Source: Verrucomicrobiales bacterium
Lineage (GTDB): Bacteria > Verrucomicrobiota > Verrucomicrobiia > Verrucomicrobiales > V1-33
Direction of reading: 5' to 3'
Assembly (NCBI GenBank): GCA_031411295.1
Contig: JANOAV010000035.1
Coordinates: 85,043 to 149,042 of the forward strand
DNA: 64,000 bases
The translations under genes were made by a program, and so were the position numbers. Positions 50,276 to 61,408 of this stretch are shown piece after piece. Position 1 is the first letter of the stretch. Each line of letters begins with the position of its first letter. Below the pieces are notes generated by a model. That model saw nothing but the letters and a program-made list of their open reading frames with translations. It had not been told where the DNA came from and did no database searches.

Positions 50276-52435
50276 TTAAAACGTCATCCGCAGCTTGCGG
50301 GCCCTAGCCTCATTGGGAAACCGCAGCCAGAGTAAACCCTCAGCTTGGGAAAACTCATGCGCCACCAGCGGTTGATCGTCCAAGGTGATGGTGCCGGGGG
50401 CTACCGCCACGCGGAAGAGCATCACGCAGGCGGTCCGGCCCACGCCTTCCACGAGAAAGTCGCTTTGATGAGGCTTCGATGGTTGCGCCAAAGCTTTGCA
50501 GGCGGAGGCTAGCAATTGCGGTTCCCGTGGCGGCGGCCCCGCTATTTCCCGCAGGAAATAGCGACTGCCTGGGATCATTGTGACATTTTCCTGAACCCGG
50601 AGTGCGGGGTCGAATAAGTTAACGCAGCGCCCGTGCCACTGCTTCGGCTCCGCGGCCATGGATTCCTCCAGTCCCGCAGCGATGATGTAGGGGCCGCGTC
50701 GTAGCAGCAGGGTGTTGGTTTCGCGCCAGGATAATTTTGCGGCTTCCGCAGCCGCTTTGGTGGCTGCCAGAACTTGATTGGCACCTGCCGCCGAAGCGGC
50801 TAGACTAACCGGATTCTGCTGCAGCCATTGCACTTGGCCTGCGCCCCATTTCCAGGAATTGCCACTCTGTTTTTCATCCCATCCCAGCTTGGAAAACAAA
50901 TGGGCGCGGGGCGTAGCGAAGGCCTTCCCTGCTTGATTCCACCAATCCGACACGGCGTTAAATGCATCCGAGTCATCATCGATCACCACCAACGAACCGC
51001 CTTGCTGCACCCAGGCCGCAATGGCTTCATGCACGGATTCGCTGAGCGGCTTCATCCCTTGATAGGTCAGTAATAACACCTTCGTGGCGTCCAGATAATG
51101 TGGCACCGTAACATTTTCCAACTGCACTGGGGCCACTGGGATGCCGCGTTTCACCAATGGCAGGGCCAAGCCGTAGAAATGGCTCAAATGCTTGTCGCTG
51201 GGCTTGGGTTCACCACGTTGGAACATCAGCGAATCACTCACAACCACGCCGATGCCAGTGGTCCCTGCATCCCATTCGATGCGGGATTGCTGCAGATCAT
51301 TCAAGGCCTGCATGACGATCTGGAGTTCGGTGGCGTAGGCGGCGGGAATGCCTTTGCGTTCAGCGGGTGAGGCAGACTTGGGATACCGGCCGTTGAAAAT
51401 ACGTTCCGGCCACGGGGCCACCTCGAATTGCCAGACCTCCGGTTGCAGCAGCGAGGCGGTGAGCGTGGACTCCCAGTTACGTTGATAATCCGTCCAGTCG
51501 TGATTGGGATTGTCCTCGATGGGGTCATTCAAATACCACACCGTGCGACCGGTGGCCCGCACCAAGTTTTGCATGGCTCCGTATTCCAGGAACGCAGTCT
51601 CGAACGTGCGCTCCTGAAGCTTTCCCTGATAAACGTTGGGCGTGCGCGCGGTGCCCGTCCACACTTGGGCGATGTAACCATCGCAACCCTTGAGCTGGGC
51701 CAGGCTGGATTCTGGGCTGACGATATTCCACGAAGCGTAGTTGAGCAGACTGTGGGTTGGCACGTAGCAACGCACTCGCTTGCCCGTGCGTTGATTGAAC
51801 TCGCCCACATAATCGAAGACCTGCTGCAGGGCCCTGCGATAGAGAAAATATTTCAACTTCGAGGCGCGCCATTGCGCATCCACCGAGCTGTGCGGCGGCT
51901 GCCATGCTTCATGATAGTAGGACTGCCACTCGCGCTTGAATCCTTCGGAGTAGCCCGCATTGACCCAAAATTCCGGTTCCTCCAGATGGATTGCCTCCGC
52001 TCCGGCATCCAAGGCGCGTTGCACTCCAACACAGAGAAATTTCCCGTAGTTAATGCCCGGACACATGTAGTAAACGTCGCCCCCGTGGCTGCTCTTCCGT
52101 CCGTCACTCACGGTCTGGGCTTCGTCCTCATGGTTCACCCCATCGAAGCGACCGTAGAGGTAATCTTGATAGTGCCCCCAGGAAACGCCCGTCATAACAT
52201 GAATCCGATACCCGTGGTCTCGCCAGGTCTTGATGCGATCCGGGAGGTCCGGGCCGATGCCGTAAACGATGGCAACATCTGACCGCAAATTTCCCGCCTC
52301 ACTCCAGGGGGCACTGGTTTGGAAACAGGAACGTTCCCAGAGTTGGGCCGGATCTTGTGACCATGGCACCTCGTCAGCGAGCGACGCGCTAAGGTTGGCG
52401 GAGATAATGGTGACAAGGAGGGCGCGGCATTTCAT
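50276..52435 (-). CDS. Exported hypothetical protein, possibly glycoside-hydrolase-like
   Basis: Signal peptide MKCRALL...; long ORF with LEEPEFW and AWVQQGGSLVVI (trimerisation-domain-like). Confidence 0.65.
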   Translation of the reverse strand: MKCRALLVTIISANLSASLADEVPWSQDPAQLWERSCFQTSAPWSEAGNLRSDVAIVYGIGPDLPDRIKTWRDHGYRIHVMTGVSWGHYQDYLYGRFDGVNHEDEAQTVSDGRKSSHGGDVYYMCPGINYGKFLCVGVQRALDAGAEAIHLEEPEFWVNAGYSEGFKREWQSYYHEAWQPPHSSVDAQWRASKLKYFLYRRALQQVFDYVGEFNQRTGKRVRCYVPTHSLLNYASWNIVSPESSLAQLKGCDGYIAQVWTGTARTPNVYQGKLQERTFETAFLEYGAMQNLVRATGRTVWYLNDPIEDNPNHDWTDYQRNWESTLTASLLQPEVWQFEVAPWPERIFNGRYPKSASPAERKGIPAAYATELQIVMQALNDLQQSRIEWDAGTTGIGVVVSDSLMFQRGEPKPSDKHLSHFYGLALPLVKRGIPVAPVQLENVTVPHYLDATKVLLLTYQGMKPLSESVHEAIAAWVQQGGSLVVIDDDSDAFNAVSDWWNQAGKAFATPRAHLFSKLGWDEKQSGNSWKWGAGQVQWLQQNPVSLAASAAGANQVLAATKAAAEAAKLSWRETNTLLLRRGPYIIAAGLEESMAAEPKQWHGRCVNLFDPALRVQENVTMIPGSRYFLREIAGPPPREPQLLASACKALAQPSKPHQSDFLVEGVGRTACVMLFRVAVAPGTITLDDQPLVAHEFSQAEGLLWLRFPNEARARKLRMTF

Positions 52436-52574
52436 AGGAGCAGGATAAGTAGAAGGAGGGCCCATGGCCGAGGTTCTCACAAGCGTGGAATCGTGGAGCA
52501 CATGCTTTGCGTATCGCTCGGGCAACCGAAATTTTCGATTGGCCCGGGCGGAGTTTCCGCTAAGAGTGCAGCGC

Positions 52575-53342
52575 ATGCCCTCCCCTTCCGAATCATCTCT
52601 GCCCCCACCTCCTGCCGCTGCCGGAGGGAATGCGTTCGCGCTTACCCAATGGAGCATGGTGCTCACCGCTGGCCAGCGGACGGCCAGTTCTGCCGAAGCT
52701 CTGGAGAAACTTTGCCGCGCTTACTGGGCTCCCCTGCACGCCCACGTGCTGCGGTTAGGCTACGCCCGCCATGAAGCCGAGGATCTGACGCAGGAATTCT
52801 TCGCCCGCATTCTGGCGGACGATTCCCTGGCCAGTGTCCGGCCAGAGAAGGGACGGTTCCGTTCCTGGCTGCTGGGAGCCCTGCGTCATTTCCTGCTTAA
52901 CGAATGGAAGCGCACGTCAGCCCAAAAGCGCGGAGGCGGACGGGAAGTATTCTCGCTCGATGCCATGGAACCAGCGCTTCGGGCCGCCTGCGAGCCGCGC
53001 GACGACGAGACACCGGAGCTGGCCTATGATCGTCGCTGGGCGGAAATTTTACTGGCGCGAGTGAATGCGCGCACCCGCCGCGAGTTCGAGGCCGCAGGAC
53101 AAACGGAACGCTTCGAAGCGCTAAAACGATATTTACTCCAAGGATATGATCCCGTGTCCTATGCCGATACCGCCCAGCGGCTCGGGCTCTCGGAAAGTGC
53201 CGTCAAGTCTGCCATTTACAAGCTGCGGCAACGCTACGGCGTCATCCTCAGGGATGAAATTGCCCAGACGGTGACGACACCAGAGGAAGTAGAGGACGAG
53301 ATCCGCTGCCTGCTCAGTGCCCTGAAGCCCAGTGGAGGCTAA
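52575..53342 (+). CDS. ECF sigma-70 factor (PVC type)
   Basis: F..TQWSMVL, ALEKLCRAYW.PL, AEDLTQEFF, KGRFRSWL, helix-turn-helix LGLSESAVKSAI. Confidence 0.9.
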   Translation: MPSPSESSLPPPPAAAGGNAFALTQWSMVLTAGQRTASSAEALEKLCRAYWAPLHAHVLRLGYARHEAEDLTQEFFARILADDSLASVRPEKGRFRSWLLGALRHFLLNEWKRTSAQKRGGGREVFSLDAMEPALRAACEPRDDETPELAYDRRWAEILLARVNARTRREFEAAGQTERFEALKRYLLQGYDPVSYADTAQRLGLSESAVKSAIYKLRQRYGVILRDEIAQTVTTPEEVEDEIRCLLSALKPSGG

Positions 53343-53425
53343 GGACTGGTGGACTGGCGTTTCTCCGTTCGCGTAGCCACACTGGATTGACGAAAGCGGC
53401 CGCTCCTGATTTCCTCCTGCCACGT

Positions 53426-54973
53426 ATGAAATCCATTCTTCTGACCTGCTTAATCCTAACTGCTCCGCTCGCGGCGGAAGTTACCTTGTCCAATCTCTTT
53501 TCCGATCACATGGTCCTGCAACGTGATCAAGCCGTTCCCGTGTGGGGTTCGGCGGAACCGGGCGAGGAAGTGACGGTTGCCTTTGCCGGCCAGACCGTCT
53601 CCGCCAAAGCCAATGCGGAGGGAGCCTGGACCGTAAAGCTGGGACCGCTGAAGACCTCTGCCGAGCCCCGCATCCTAACCGCCAAGGGCAAGAACGAAGT
53701 GCAAGTGATCGACGTGCTGGTGGGCGAGGTCTGGATTTGCTCCGGCCAATCCAACATGGGCCATGTGATCAATAATTCCATCAACGGGGACTTGGATGCC
53801 TTGTCTTCCGCCCCGCTCGGCAAACTGCGTCTCTTGACGCTAAGCACTCAGGGATCGCAAACTCCGGTGAAACAACCGGATCAAAAATGGTCCACGGCCA
53901 ACGAGAAATCCATCCCCTCCTTCTCTGCTGTGGGCTTCTACTTTGGCCGCCAATTACTCACCGCGCTGGATGTGCCCATCGGCCTGATCAATAATTCCTG
54001 GGGCGGCAGTTCCTGTGAAGCTTGGATTCGGCGGGATCTGCTCGAAGGCAAGGAAATGTATGCTCCGATGATGGAACGCTGGAAAAAGACCGAATCCGAA
54101 TACGATCCCGCCAAGGAACAGGCTAAATTTAACGAAGCCATGACGAAGTGGAAAACGGCTGCCGAGGCCGCCAAAGCCGCCGGGAAGCCTGAACCAAAGC
54201 GGCCCCAGGCTGCTCAGAACGTGATGGTAGGGCAGCATCGCCCTGCCAATCTCTACAACGGGCGTCTCAAACCCCTCATGCCGATGGCATTCCGCGGAGC
54301 CATTTGGTATCAGGGCGAATCGAACGCCAGTCGCGCGTATCAATATCGGGAGTTGTTTCCGCTCATGATCAAGAACTGGCGGGATGATTGGGGCATGGGT
54401 GACTTCCCCTTCTACTGGGTGCAACTGGCTGACTATCTGGCTGAGAAACCAGACCCAGGCGATTCCTCCTGGGCCGAGTTGCGCGAGGCGCAAACCCTCT
54501 CCCTGGCAACCGTCCCGAACAGCGGTCAAGCCGTGATTGATGATCTGGGTGAATCCAACGACATCCATCCCCGCAAGAAACACGATGTCGGCCTGCGACT
54601 GGCCCGCTGGGCACTGGCGAAGGATTATGGTATCAAGGTGGCTTATCAAAGCCCTACCTACGCGAGCATGGAAACCCAAGGGAACAAAATCATCGTCACC
54701 CTGAAGGAAGTCGGGGCCGGACTCAAGCCCTTTGATGGGGCGGAGATCAAAGGCTTTGCCATTGCAGGCGAGGACAAGAAATGGCATTGGGCGCAAGCTA
54801 AACTCAACGGCCAGGACAAGGTCGAGGTCACCTGCCCAGACGTGCCTGCGCCCGTGGCCGTGCGCTACGCCTGGGCGGACAACCCCGTCTGTAACTTGTA
54901 TAGCACGAACGGACTGCCCGTTACTCCGTTCCGCACCGACACTTGGGCCGGCGTGACCGCGGAGGCCAAATAG
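53426..54973 (+). CDS. Sialate O-acetylesterase (SASA domain)
   Basis: LFSDHMVLQR, GEVWICSGQSNM, WYQGESN, DIHPRKK, VRYAWADNP. Confidence 0.93.
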   Translation: MKSILLTCLILTAPLAAEVTLSNLFSDHMVLQRDQAVPVWGSAEPGEEVTVAFAGQTVSAKANAEGAWTVKLGPLKTSAEPRILTAKGKNEVQVIDVLVGEVWICSGQSNMGHVINNSINGDLDALSSAPLGKLRLLTLSTQGSQTPVKQPDQKWSTANEKSIPSFSAVGFYFGRQLLTALDVPIGLINNSWGGSSCEAWIRRDLLEGKEMYAPMMERWKKTESEYDPAKEQAKFNEAMTKWKTAAEAAKAAGKPEPKRPQAAQNVMVGQHRPANLYNGRLKPLMPMAFRGAIWYQGESNASRAYQYRELFPLMIKNWRDDWGMGDFPFYWVQLADYLAEKPDPGDSSWAELREAQTLSLATVPNSGQAVIDDLGESNDIHPRKKHDVGLRLARWALAKDYGIKVAYQSPTYASMETQGNKIIVTLKEVGAGLKPFDGAEIKGFAIAGEDKKWHWAQAKLNGQDKVEVTCPDVPAPVAVRYAWADNPVCNLYSTNGLPVTPFRTDTWAGVTAEAK

Positions 54974-55050
54974 GGCCGCCGGGGCGGTCGGCGTAGCTTA
55001 GCTCGGACCAGAGGTGAAGGTGGTCGTTGCCCTTCAAGTTCCGTTGACAG

Positions 55051-55704
55051 TTAGCTCAAATGCTGACTCTCCACCCAGCGCACAGCATAACGGACGAGTT
55101 CGTTGCCAGTGCGAAGGTCGAGCTTCTCCTTAATGTTAGCTCTATGCGCATCCACCGTTTTAACGCTAACGTTGAGTTCTTCGGCAATGGCTCGCGTGCC
55201 TTTGCCCTGCCCGATCATTTGGAAGATTTCGAACTGCCGGTCGCTGAGCGCTTCCACGGGGTCAGTAGTGGTGGAACGGCGGTTGGAGAAGATTTCCAGA
55301 ATCTTGGTGGACATGGAACTACTGACGTAAATGTCTCCGCTCAACACCTTGCGGATGGCGTCCATCACCTTTTTGCCGCCTTCATGCTTCATGATGTAAC
55401 CTTGGGCTCCGGCCCGCAGGACGCGTTCCACGTAGAGACTTTCGTCATGCATGGAATGCACGAGCAGGGCCACGTTGCGCTGCACCGCCCGGATGTCTTT
55501 GATCAATTCCAAGCCATTTTTCCCGGGCAGCGAAATATCAATGATGACCAAGTCCGGCTTGGTCTCCATCACCCCAGTAAGTGCGGCGGCGGCATCTTCA
55601 GCTTCACCCACCACCTGCATATCTGGTTCGTGATTGATCAACTGACCTAGCCCCTGGCGCATGATCGGATGATCGTCCACGATGTAAATTTTCCTTTTTT
55701 GCAT
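55051..55704 (-). CDS. NarL/LuxR-family response regulator
   Basis: VDDHP, DISLPG, GYIMK, LSDRQFEIF...SVKTVDAHR. Confidence 0.95.
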   Translation of the reverse strand: MQKRKIYIVDDHPIMRQGLGQLINHEPDMQVVGEAEDAAAALTGVMETKPDLVIIDISLPGKNGLELIKDIRAVQRNVALLVHSMHDESLYVERVLRAGAQGYIMKHEGGKKVMDAIRKVLSGDIYVSSSMSTKILEIFSNRRSTTTDPVEALSDRQFEIFQMIGQGKGTRAIAEELNVSVKTVDAHRANIKEKLDLRTGNELVRYAVRWVESQHLS

Positions 55705-55800
55705 ACGATTTAACAGTGCGATTCTGTAGGTTCAGGTCACTGGATGCAAGAAAAGACTGGTCAGGAAGTGATTTTTCTTACTGACCCCTGAAGGAAACGC

Positions 55801-55989
55801 CTACTGAGCTGGCTTTTCAGCTGGCTTGGGGGCCGCAGGCGGTTCGGGCAATTTAGCGGGAGCAGGCTCCTCACTGACTCGCTTGGGGACGTCATGAAAC
55901 ATCTTCGTCTCTTTCCAATCCTGTTTTTCACAGGCGGGAAACAGCATGGTGAAGGCGGCAATAGCGGTGAGGGTGAGCGGCGTTTTCAT
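55801..55989 (-). CDS. Small lipoprotein
   Basis: MKTPLTLTAIAAFTMLFPAC lipobox; Pro/Ala-rich tail. Confidence 0.7.
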   Translation of the reverse strand: MKTPLTLTAIAAFTMLFPACEKQDWKETKMFHDVPKRVSEEPAPAKLPEPPAAPKPAEKPAQ

Positions 55990-56062
55990 GGTCAAATCAG
56001 GGCTTTGGAGGGTGCTTATGGTTTCTAAAGCCACAGGTGGTGGGGTTTTGCAACTAGGAATC

Positions 56063-58234
56063 TTAGGGCGCACCAGCGGGGGCGGCGGGTGGGGCGACCG
56101 TGGTGGGGGCAGCAACTGGTTGTTCCTGGGCAGCCTTCAGGGTCGTGATTTCCCGGTTGATGGCTGCGATGAGACCGTCAATGTATTTCTGATAATCGCC
56201 CCCGGAACGCAGTTTGGCACGGGCTGGGAGGATGTATTCATCCAACGCACGTTGGCGGGCCGCGAGCCGCAGGGCCGGATCGCCCGAGTCATCCGCTTGG
56301 CGGATCAAGTGCTGACCGTATTGAAAGTAGAGGCGACGGCAGGATTTCCCATACTTAAAGGCGCGGCTGAACCATTGTTCCGCGGCTGTAAAATCCCGTT
56401 GCTGGCTGAAGGCCGTGGCGGCATGCATGGCGGCATAAGGGAACTGGGGATAATGAGGGTAAGCGTCGGCAAATATTTCGCAGGCGCGACGCAGGAAACT
56501 TTGGGAAATCTTGGCGTTGAGTTCCTTTTCCTGAGCGTTGCGTGGACGATAAAACTCTTTCACCCGCACCGCCTCCCCCAAGTTGAGTTCCCCGAGCGCA
56601 AAATAAGCTGGGAAATACGTCGGATCCCTTTCGATCGCCCGCTGCAGAGCAGCCGTAGCCTCGTAGTAATCCTCCTTTTCAGCCCACCCTTTGCCCTCGT
56701 TGGCAAACTTCTCGGCTTGGAAATACTCCGGGCCATGTAGCAGCAGATAGCCTGCCGCCACCACCCCTGCCGTGACGACGGGAGCGCGGAGCCAAAGTCC
56801 ACGACGGGGCACCAATGGTTCCCCAGTCTCATCCACCAAGCTTTTCAGTGCTTCTCGGCCAGGATTGGCCAGCAGGCCCAAGAGGATGGCGCTCACCATG
56901 GCGTTGGCGGCAATATGTAAGTTAAAATCGAATATACTATGCACCATCAGGGCCGTGATGCCGCCGAGAGCCCCCAACGTCAGGCCCAGACGATCGTCCC
57001 GTCGATCAGTGCCCTGCGCCACAGACTGTTCTTTGGACCGACGCCAAAAGAACGCCAGGCCAGCGCCCAAGTGCGTCACCAACACGCCTGCCCCCAGCAG
57101 TCCGCCCACGCCACCGTAGTCGCAGAGTAGTTGGGCGAAATCATTGTGCACGAAGACAGCGTCCGAATCCACATCGTTATACCACAACCATTTCTCCAAA
57201 TTGAGGTCGCGCATCCGCCGCTCCTCCACCTCGAAGGCCCGCGCTCCCTGGCCCTGTAACGGGAGTTCCTGGAACAACTTCCACGCGTTACTTGAATAGC
57301 TCCAGCGCACCGTAAACTCATCATTGGTAACGACAAAGCCTCGACTGCTGCGAGCCAGTGCAGGCACCCCAATGATCATGCCGCCCAGCAGTAATGCGGC
57401 TAAGACGCCACCGGTAATAAACGTTTTTCGGGCGGATTGCTGCCCCAAGCGCAAGCGATTGATCCACCACAATCCGAGCATCACACAAGTTCCTCCCAGC
57501 AGACAAACCAGCCCGGCACGGCTCGTGGAAAGAATGCCGCCCAGCAGTCCCAGCAGATAAACCAGCAGAGCCAGCCCTCGCGCGATTAGGCCCGCACGGC
57601 TAAGTAAAAAGAAACCCAACGCCGGCAGTGCCGTGATTTCGAGCAGACCGGCAAAGTGATTTTCGTTGATATAGAATCCCGTGGTATCTCCGGGCGTGCG
57701 ATCCCGCCCCCAAGTCGTCCATCCCAGCCATTCCCCCAGTTGAGGCCAAACGGAAGCAATCGCGCTATGCGGCAGCAGTTCATTGCGCCCCGACTGTTTC
57801 TGATACAGCGCCCAGCCCACATTTCCCACCAGAATCAGCACCATCGTCAGCAAAATCCAACGTCGCTCCTTGGCCGTCTCCAGTTGCGTAGCCACGAGCA
57901 CATAAGAAATAAACGCCGCGATTGCGATCACCATGTCCTGCCGCGCCAAGTATTTCACTTCTGTCAGGGATCCTCGCAGCATGATCCACAGGAAAAATAC
58001 GAAGGTTGCCCCCACGCACCAGAAATTCGCCCGCCCATGAAATCCGCGGGCCAGCGCGAAGCCCCCCAGCACCGCAGGCACACACAAGGCGAGTGCCCCC
58101 GGCCAGAACACAAGCAGCGACGAACTCCCCCCGAACGAGGCAATCAACCACGCGAGCAAACTGGTGAGTAACAACAGGAACGAATAAATAGGCTTGGCGA
58201 ACACCCCCCGATCATACCGGTCGCGCCCGGGCAT
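56063..58234 (-). CDS. O-antigen ligase family protein with C-terminal TPR
   Basis: YINENHFAG, STSRAG, HNDFAQLLCDYG, HSIFDFNLH; TPR-like tail. Confidence 0.88.
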   Translation of the reverse strand: MPGRDRYDRGVFAKPIYSFLLLLTSLLAWLIASFGGSSSLLVFWPGALALCVPAVLGGFALARGFHGRANFWCVGATFVFFLWIMLRGSLTEVKYLARQDMVIAIAAFISYVLVATQLETAKERRWILLTMVLILVGNVGWALYQKQSGRNELLPHSAIASVWPQLGEWLGWTTWGRDRTPGDTTGFYINENHFAGLLEITALPALGFFLLSRAGLIARGLALLVYLLGLLGGILSTSRAGLVCLLGGTCVMLGLWWINRLRLGQQSARKTFITGGVLAALLLGGMIIGVPALARSSRGFVVTNDEFTVRWSYSSNAWKLFQELPLQGQGARAFEVEERRMRDLNLEKWLWYNDVDSDAVFVHNDFAQLLCDYGGVGGLLGAGVLVTHLGAGLAFFWRRSKEQSVAQGTDRRDDRLGLTLGALGGITALMVHSIFDFNLHIAANAMVSAILLGLLANPGREALKSLVDETGEPLVPRRGLWLRAPVVTAGVVAAGYLLLHGPEYFQAEKFANEGKGWAEKEDYYEATAALQRAIERDPTYFPAYFALGELNLGEAVRVKEFYRPRNAQEKELNAKISQSFLRRACEIFADAYPHYPQFPYAAMHAATAFSQQRDFTAAEQWFSRAFKYGKSCRRLYFQYGQHLIRQADDSGDPALRLAARQRALDEYILPARAKLRSGGDYQKYIDGLIAAINREITTLKAAQEQPVAAPTTVAPPAAPAGAP

Positions 58235-58384
58235 TCAAGAACGTTCTTTGGTCACCAGCTTAATTTGACGCACCAAGTCCCAATCTAAGGACATCGTCCT
58301 ACCCGACCAATTCTAAATTCTGCATGCGGGAGAACGCTGGGAGCATGCTCGCGCTAAAAGCAACGTTGTCCTTCCCCTTTCCTA

Positions 58385-59281
58385 TCACTTCACCCCGCCT
58401 GCAGGCTTGGCGTCCAGATTCTTGGTCAGGTCCTCCGCCTTCAACTGCACGGGCGCGCCTGTGGCTGGCACGGGCAGATTAGCGGTCCAGAGGATGCCGT
58501 TGATGACGAGTTTGCGCTGGCTTTCGAGGGCCCAGTTTTTGTGCAGGTGTGCTCCGCTGAATCCAAAGCTGCGGCCGCCCGCTGGCCGTGCGTAGGCCCA
58601 GGCGATGGTTTCTGCGCGACCGTTGTAGGTCTTGGCATCGGCGGTGGTCCGAAATTTATCCGGCACCATGCCGCTGAGCACGGGAACCACGCCTTCGGCG
58701 AAATGATAGTTGTAAAGCCAGCCATCGAAGGGGGCGGTAAAGGCAGTCATGCCTTGCGTGGTGGCGTGCTTGGGGAATTCGCTGAAGGTCATGTCCCAAT
58801 GGCCACGGCAGCCAATATCAGCCTGCCACACGGCTCCCAGCCATTGCTTGGTTTCGTCGGCTTTGGTCACTGGCACATCGCCTGCCTGATGCAGCATCAC
58901 GAAGCCGGTGCCTTTGCCGATGAGGCTGCGCATTTTTTCAAAACGTGCTGTTTCCAGATAAGGGAGCTTCACCCCGCAGTCGGCATAGACCACGATGGCT
59001 TTGGCTCCATCGAGGATGGATTCATCCTTCGGCCATCCATCCGCTACTAACACGGGGGCGGTGCCAGGCGATTGCAGTAGCCAATCGCGCAACAGCACGC
59101 TGCCAGCAAAGTATTCGTGATCGCCAGGCTTGCCGCTGGGGCTTCCGGCTAGCAAGACAATCTTGGCCAGCTTGGAATCAGTGGGAGCGACTTCCAGCGG
59201 GATTTTCTTTTGTTCTTCCGTGAGTTCGGCCAACGCAGCCGTGGAGAGAAATGTCAGTGTAAGTAGAGCGGTTAGTTTCAT
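58385..59281 (-). CDS. ThuA-like domain exported protein
   Basis: KIVLLAG..S...HEY, G.G.V.LH, GGRSFG..G.H..NW. Confidence 0.8.
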   Translation of the reverse strand: MKLTALLTLTFLSTAALAELTEEQKKIPLEVAPTDSKLAKIVLLAGSPSGKPGDHEYFAGSVLLRDWLLQSPGTAPVLVADGWPKDESILDGAKAIVVYADCGVKLPYLETARFEKMRSLIGKGTGFVMLHQAGDVPVTKADETKQWLGAVWQADIGCRGHWDMTFSEFPKHATTQGMTAFTAPFDGWLYNYHFAEGVVPVLSGMVPDKFRTTADAKTYNGRAETIAWAYARPAGGRSFGFSGAHLHKNWALESQRKLVINGILWTANLPVPATGAPVQLKAEDLTKNLDAKPAGGVK

Positions 59282-60696
59282 GAGAAGAGAGCGGGCACCA
59301 CATTGCCGTAAACATCCGTGAGGCGGAAATTGCGTCCGGCATAGCGGTAGGTGAGGCGTTCGTGATCCAAGCCCATGGCATGGAGGATGGTGGCGTGGAG
59401 GTCGTGCATGTGAACCTTGTCCACGACCGCGTGGTGGCCGAATTCATCCGTTTCCCCATAGGCCAATCCCGGCTTGAATCCACCGCCCGCCAACCACACG
59501 CTGAAGCCTGCGGGATTGTGGTCGCGCCCGGTGCCGTTCTTTTCCGCATACGGAGTGCGGCCAAATTCCCCGCCCCACCAGACGATGGTATCTTCCAGCA
59601 AGCCGCGTTGTTTCAAATCTGTCAGGAGCCCAGCCACGGGCTTGTCCACCGCCAAGGCGTGGACGCCATGTTTCTTCAAATTGGAATGCTGATCCCACGC
59701 CGGGTTGTTGGTGTTATCGCCATAGTTCACCTGCACGAATCGCACGCCCGATTCACACATGCGACGCGCCAGCAAACACTGACGACCAAAGTTATCCGTG
59801 GCCTTCTCCCCAATGCCATAAAGCGCCTGCGTCTCCTTGGTTTCCCGGCTCAGATCCATCACCTCCGGGGCGTTCCCCTGCATGCGCCATGCCAGTTCAT
59901 AACTGTTAATGACCGCTTCCAGTTCGCTGTCGCCCGGGTGCAGTTGCGCTGCATTCAGCCCCTGCAGTAAATCAAACTGCCGCCGTGCTTCACTGGTGGA
60001 ACGCAGCGGTTGGAGATTACGGATGGCAGCTTCCTTCGCAGGCACCCCAGCGCGACCGATGGCCGTGCCTTGGAAGGAAGCGGGCAGAAAGGCGTTCCCA
60101 TAATTACGCGGGCCGCCATTTCCCAAGCTGGGACTGAGCGTGACGAATCCTGGCATGTTCTCATTTTCCGTGCCCAAACCATAATTTAGCCAAGCCCCCA
60201 TGGATGGCCGCACCGCCGTCGTGGTTCCCGTGTGGAGAAACAAGGTGGCCGGACCATGCGCGATGCCTTCCGTGTGCATCGAGCGAATCAGGCACAGATC
60301 ATCCGCATGCTTCGCCATTTCTGGAAACAACGACGAAGCCCACAGGCCGCTTTGACCATGCTGCGAGAAATCCCACAGGGGTCTCATCACGCGCTGTTGC
60401 GGGCTCTTGCCTGTCTTCGCCAGACTGCGGAGGTCTGCGAAATCCAGCAACTTGCCGTCATCCTGAATCAAGCGCGGCTTGTAATCGAACGAGTCCACAT
60501 GACTCACGCCACCCTGCATGAAGAGGAAAATGATGCGTTTCGCCCGAGCCGGAAAATGCGTCATCTGTCCGGGCAACGGACCTGCCGCGCGCGCCCGATC
60601 CCTTGCCAGCAAGCCTGCCAGCGCCAATTGACCGAAGCCGCAACCAAGCGTGCGCAGGGCGGAACGGCGGGTGTAGAGGGGGGAATTAGTAAGCAT
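59278..60696 (-). CDS. DUF1501 domain protein
   Basis: Tat-like [50 protein letters not shown]. Confidence 0.95.
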   Translation of the reverse strand: MLTNSPLYTRRSALRTLGCGFGQLALAGLLARDRARAAGPLPGQMTHFPARAKRIIFLFMQGGVSHVDSFDYKPRLIQDDGKLLDFADLRSLAKTGKSPQQRVMRPLWDFSQHGQSGLWASSLFPEMAKHADDLCLIRSMHTEGIAHGPATLFLHTGTTTAVRPSMGAWLNYGLGTENENMPGFVTLSPSLGNGGPRNYGNAFLPASFQGTAIGRAGVPAKEAAIRNLQPLRSTSEARRQFDLLQGLNAAQLHPGDSELEAVINSYELAWRMQGNAPEVMDLSRETKETQALYGIGEKATDNFGRQCLLARRMCESGVRFVQVNYGDNTNNPAWDQHSNLKKHGVHALAVDKPVAGLLTDLKQRGLLEDTIVWWGGEFGRTPYAEKNGTGRDHNPAGFSVWLAGGGFKPGLAYGETDEFGHHAVVDKVHMHDLHATILHAMGLDHERLTYRYAGRNFRLTDVYGNVVPALFS

Positions 60697-60854
60697 GGTG
60701 GTAGTGGTAAACTTAGTCAGATGAGCTTCGGACCGAAATAAACAGACATCGCGTATCATGGACTATTGCACTCAAGCCGCCAGCCCACATTTGTGTAGAT
60801 TTAATTGGGTAATGGAGCTGGTCAGCCAGCGAGTTGGGAGCCTCGGCTTGGCCA

Positions 60855-61382
60855 TCAATGCTCGAACGGGCACGACCGGTTGTAAAGACTCTCGAAGTGA
60901 TGAGGTCGACAAAATATGCCGAACTTCACGGCCCCACGGTTGCATCCCTCGTGGCGACATGTCCGAGTTGGATCCTCGGGTCCCAGAGAGTCATAAAAAT
61001 CACGGTCTATTTTAAGCGTGATTTGCATCGCCTCTTGCTGGCGCTGATTTCGCTCAGCCTCGGGGATTGGAGGGCCATAACCATCCCTCCATGGCTCGGA
61101 CTCGAGCTCATTGAATGCACCACGCGAAAGAAGCAACCACATTCGGAGCGCATCTTCACGGGAGACCTTTTGTAGATATCTTGGTCCCTGTTCTTCTTCG
61201 GGATTTTCCCAGATCACCGTGTCCCCCTCGAAAACAGACAATGTCCAACCGGTCTCGTGGCTCAGCCACGTGTCAGGGTGCTCAGGATCAGGAGTGTCGA
61301 GTTCAGAGAGGATTTCTCGCATTCTTGCCTCTGTCGGGGCGTCCTCGGAATCACCCCAGCGAGTCTGCACGTAGTAGGTCAT
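60855..61382 (-). CDS. Hypothetical protein with a C-terminal Cys/His motif
   Basis: Acidic N-domain (DPEHPDTWL) and CRHEGC...FCRPHH. Confidence 0.7.
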   Translation of the reverse strand: MTYYVQTRWGDSEDAPTEARMREILSELDTPDPEHPDTWLSHETGWTLSVFEGDTVIWENPEEEQGPRYLQKVSREDALRMWLLLSRGAFNELESEPWRDGYGPPIPEAERNQRQQEAMQITLKIDRDFYDSLGPEDPTRTCRHEGCNRGAVKFGIFCRPHHFESLYNRSCPFEH

Positions 61383-61408
61383 CGAGGTTTGGGCTTTTGA
61401 AACGAAAT

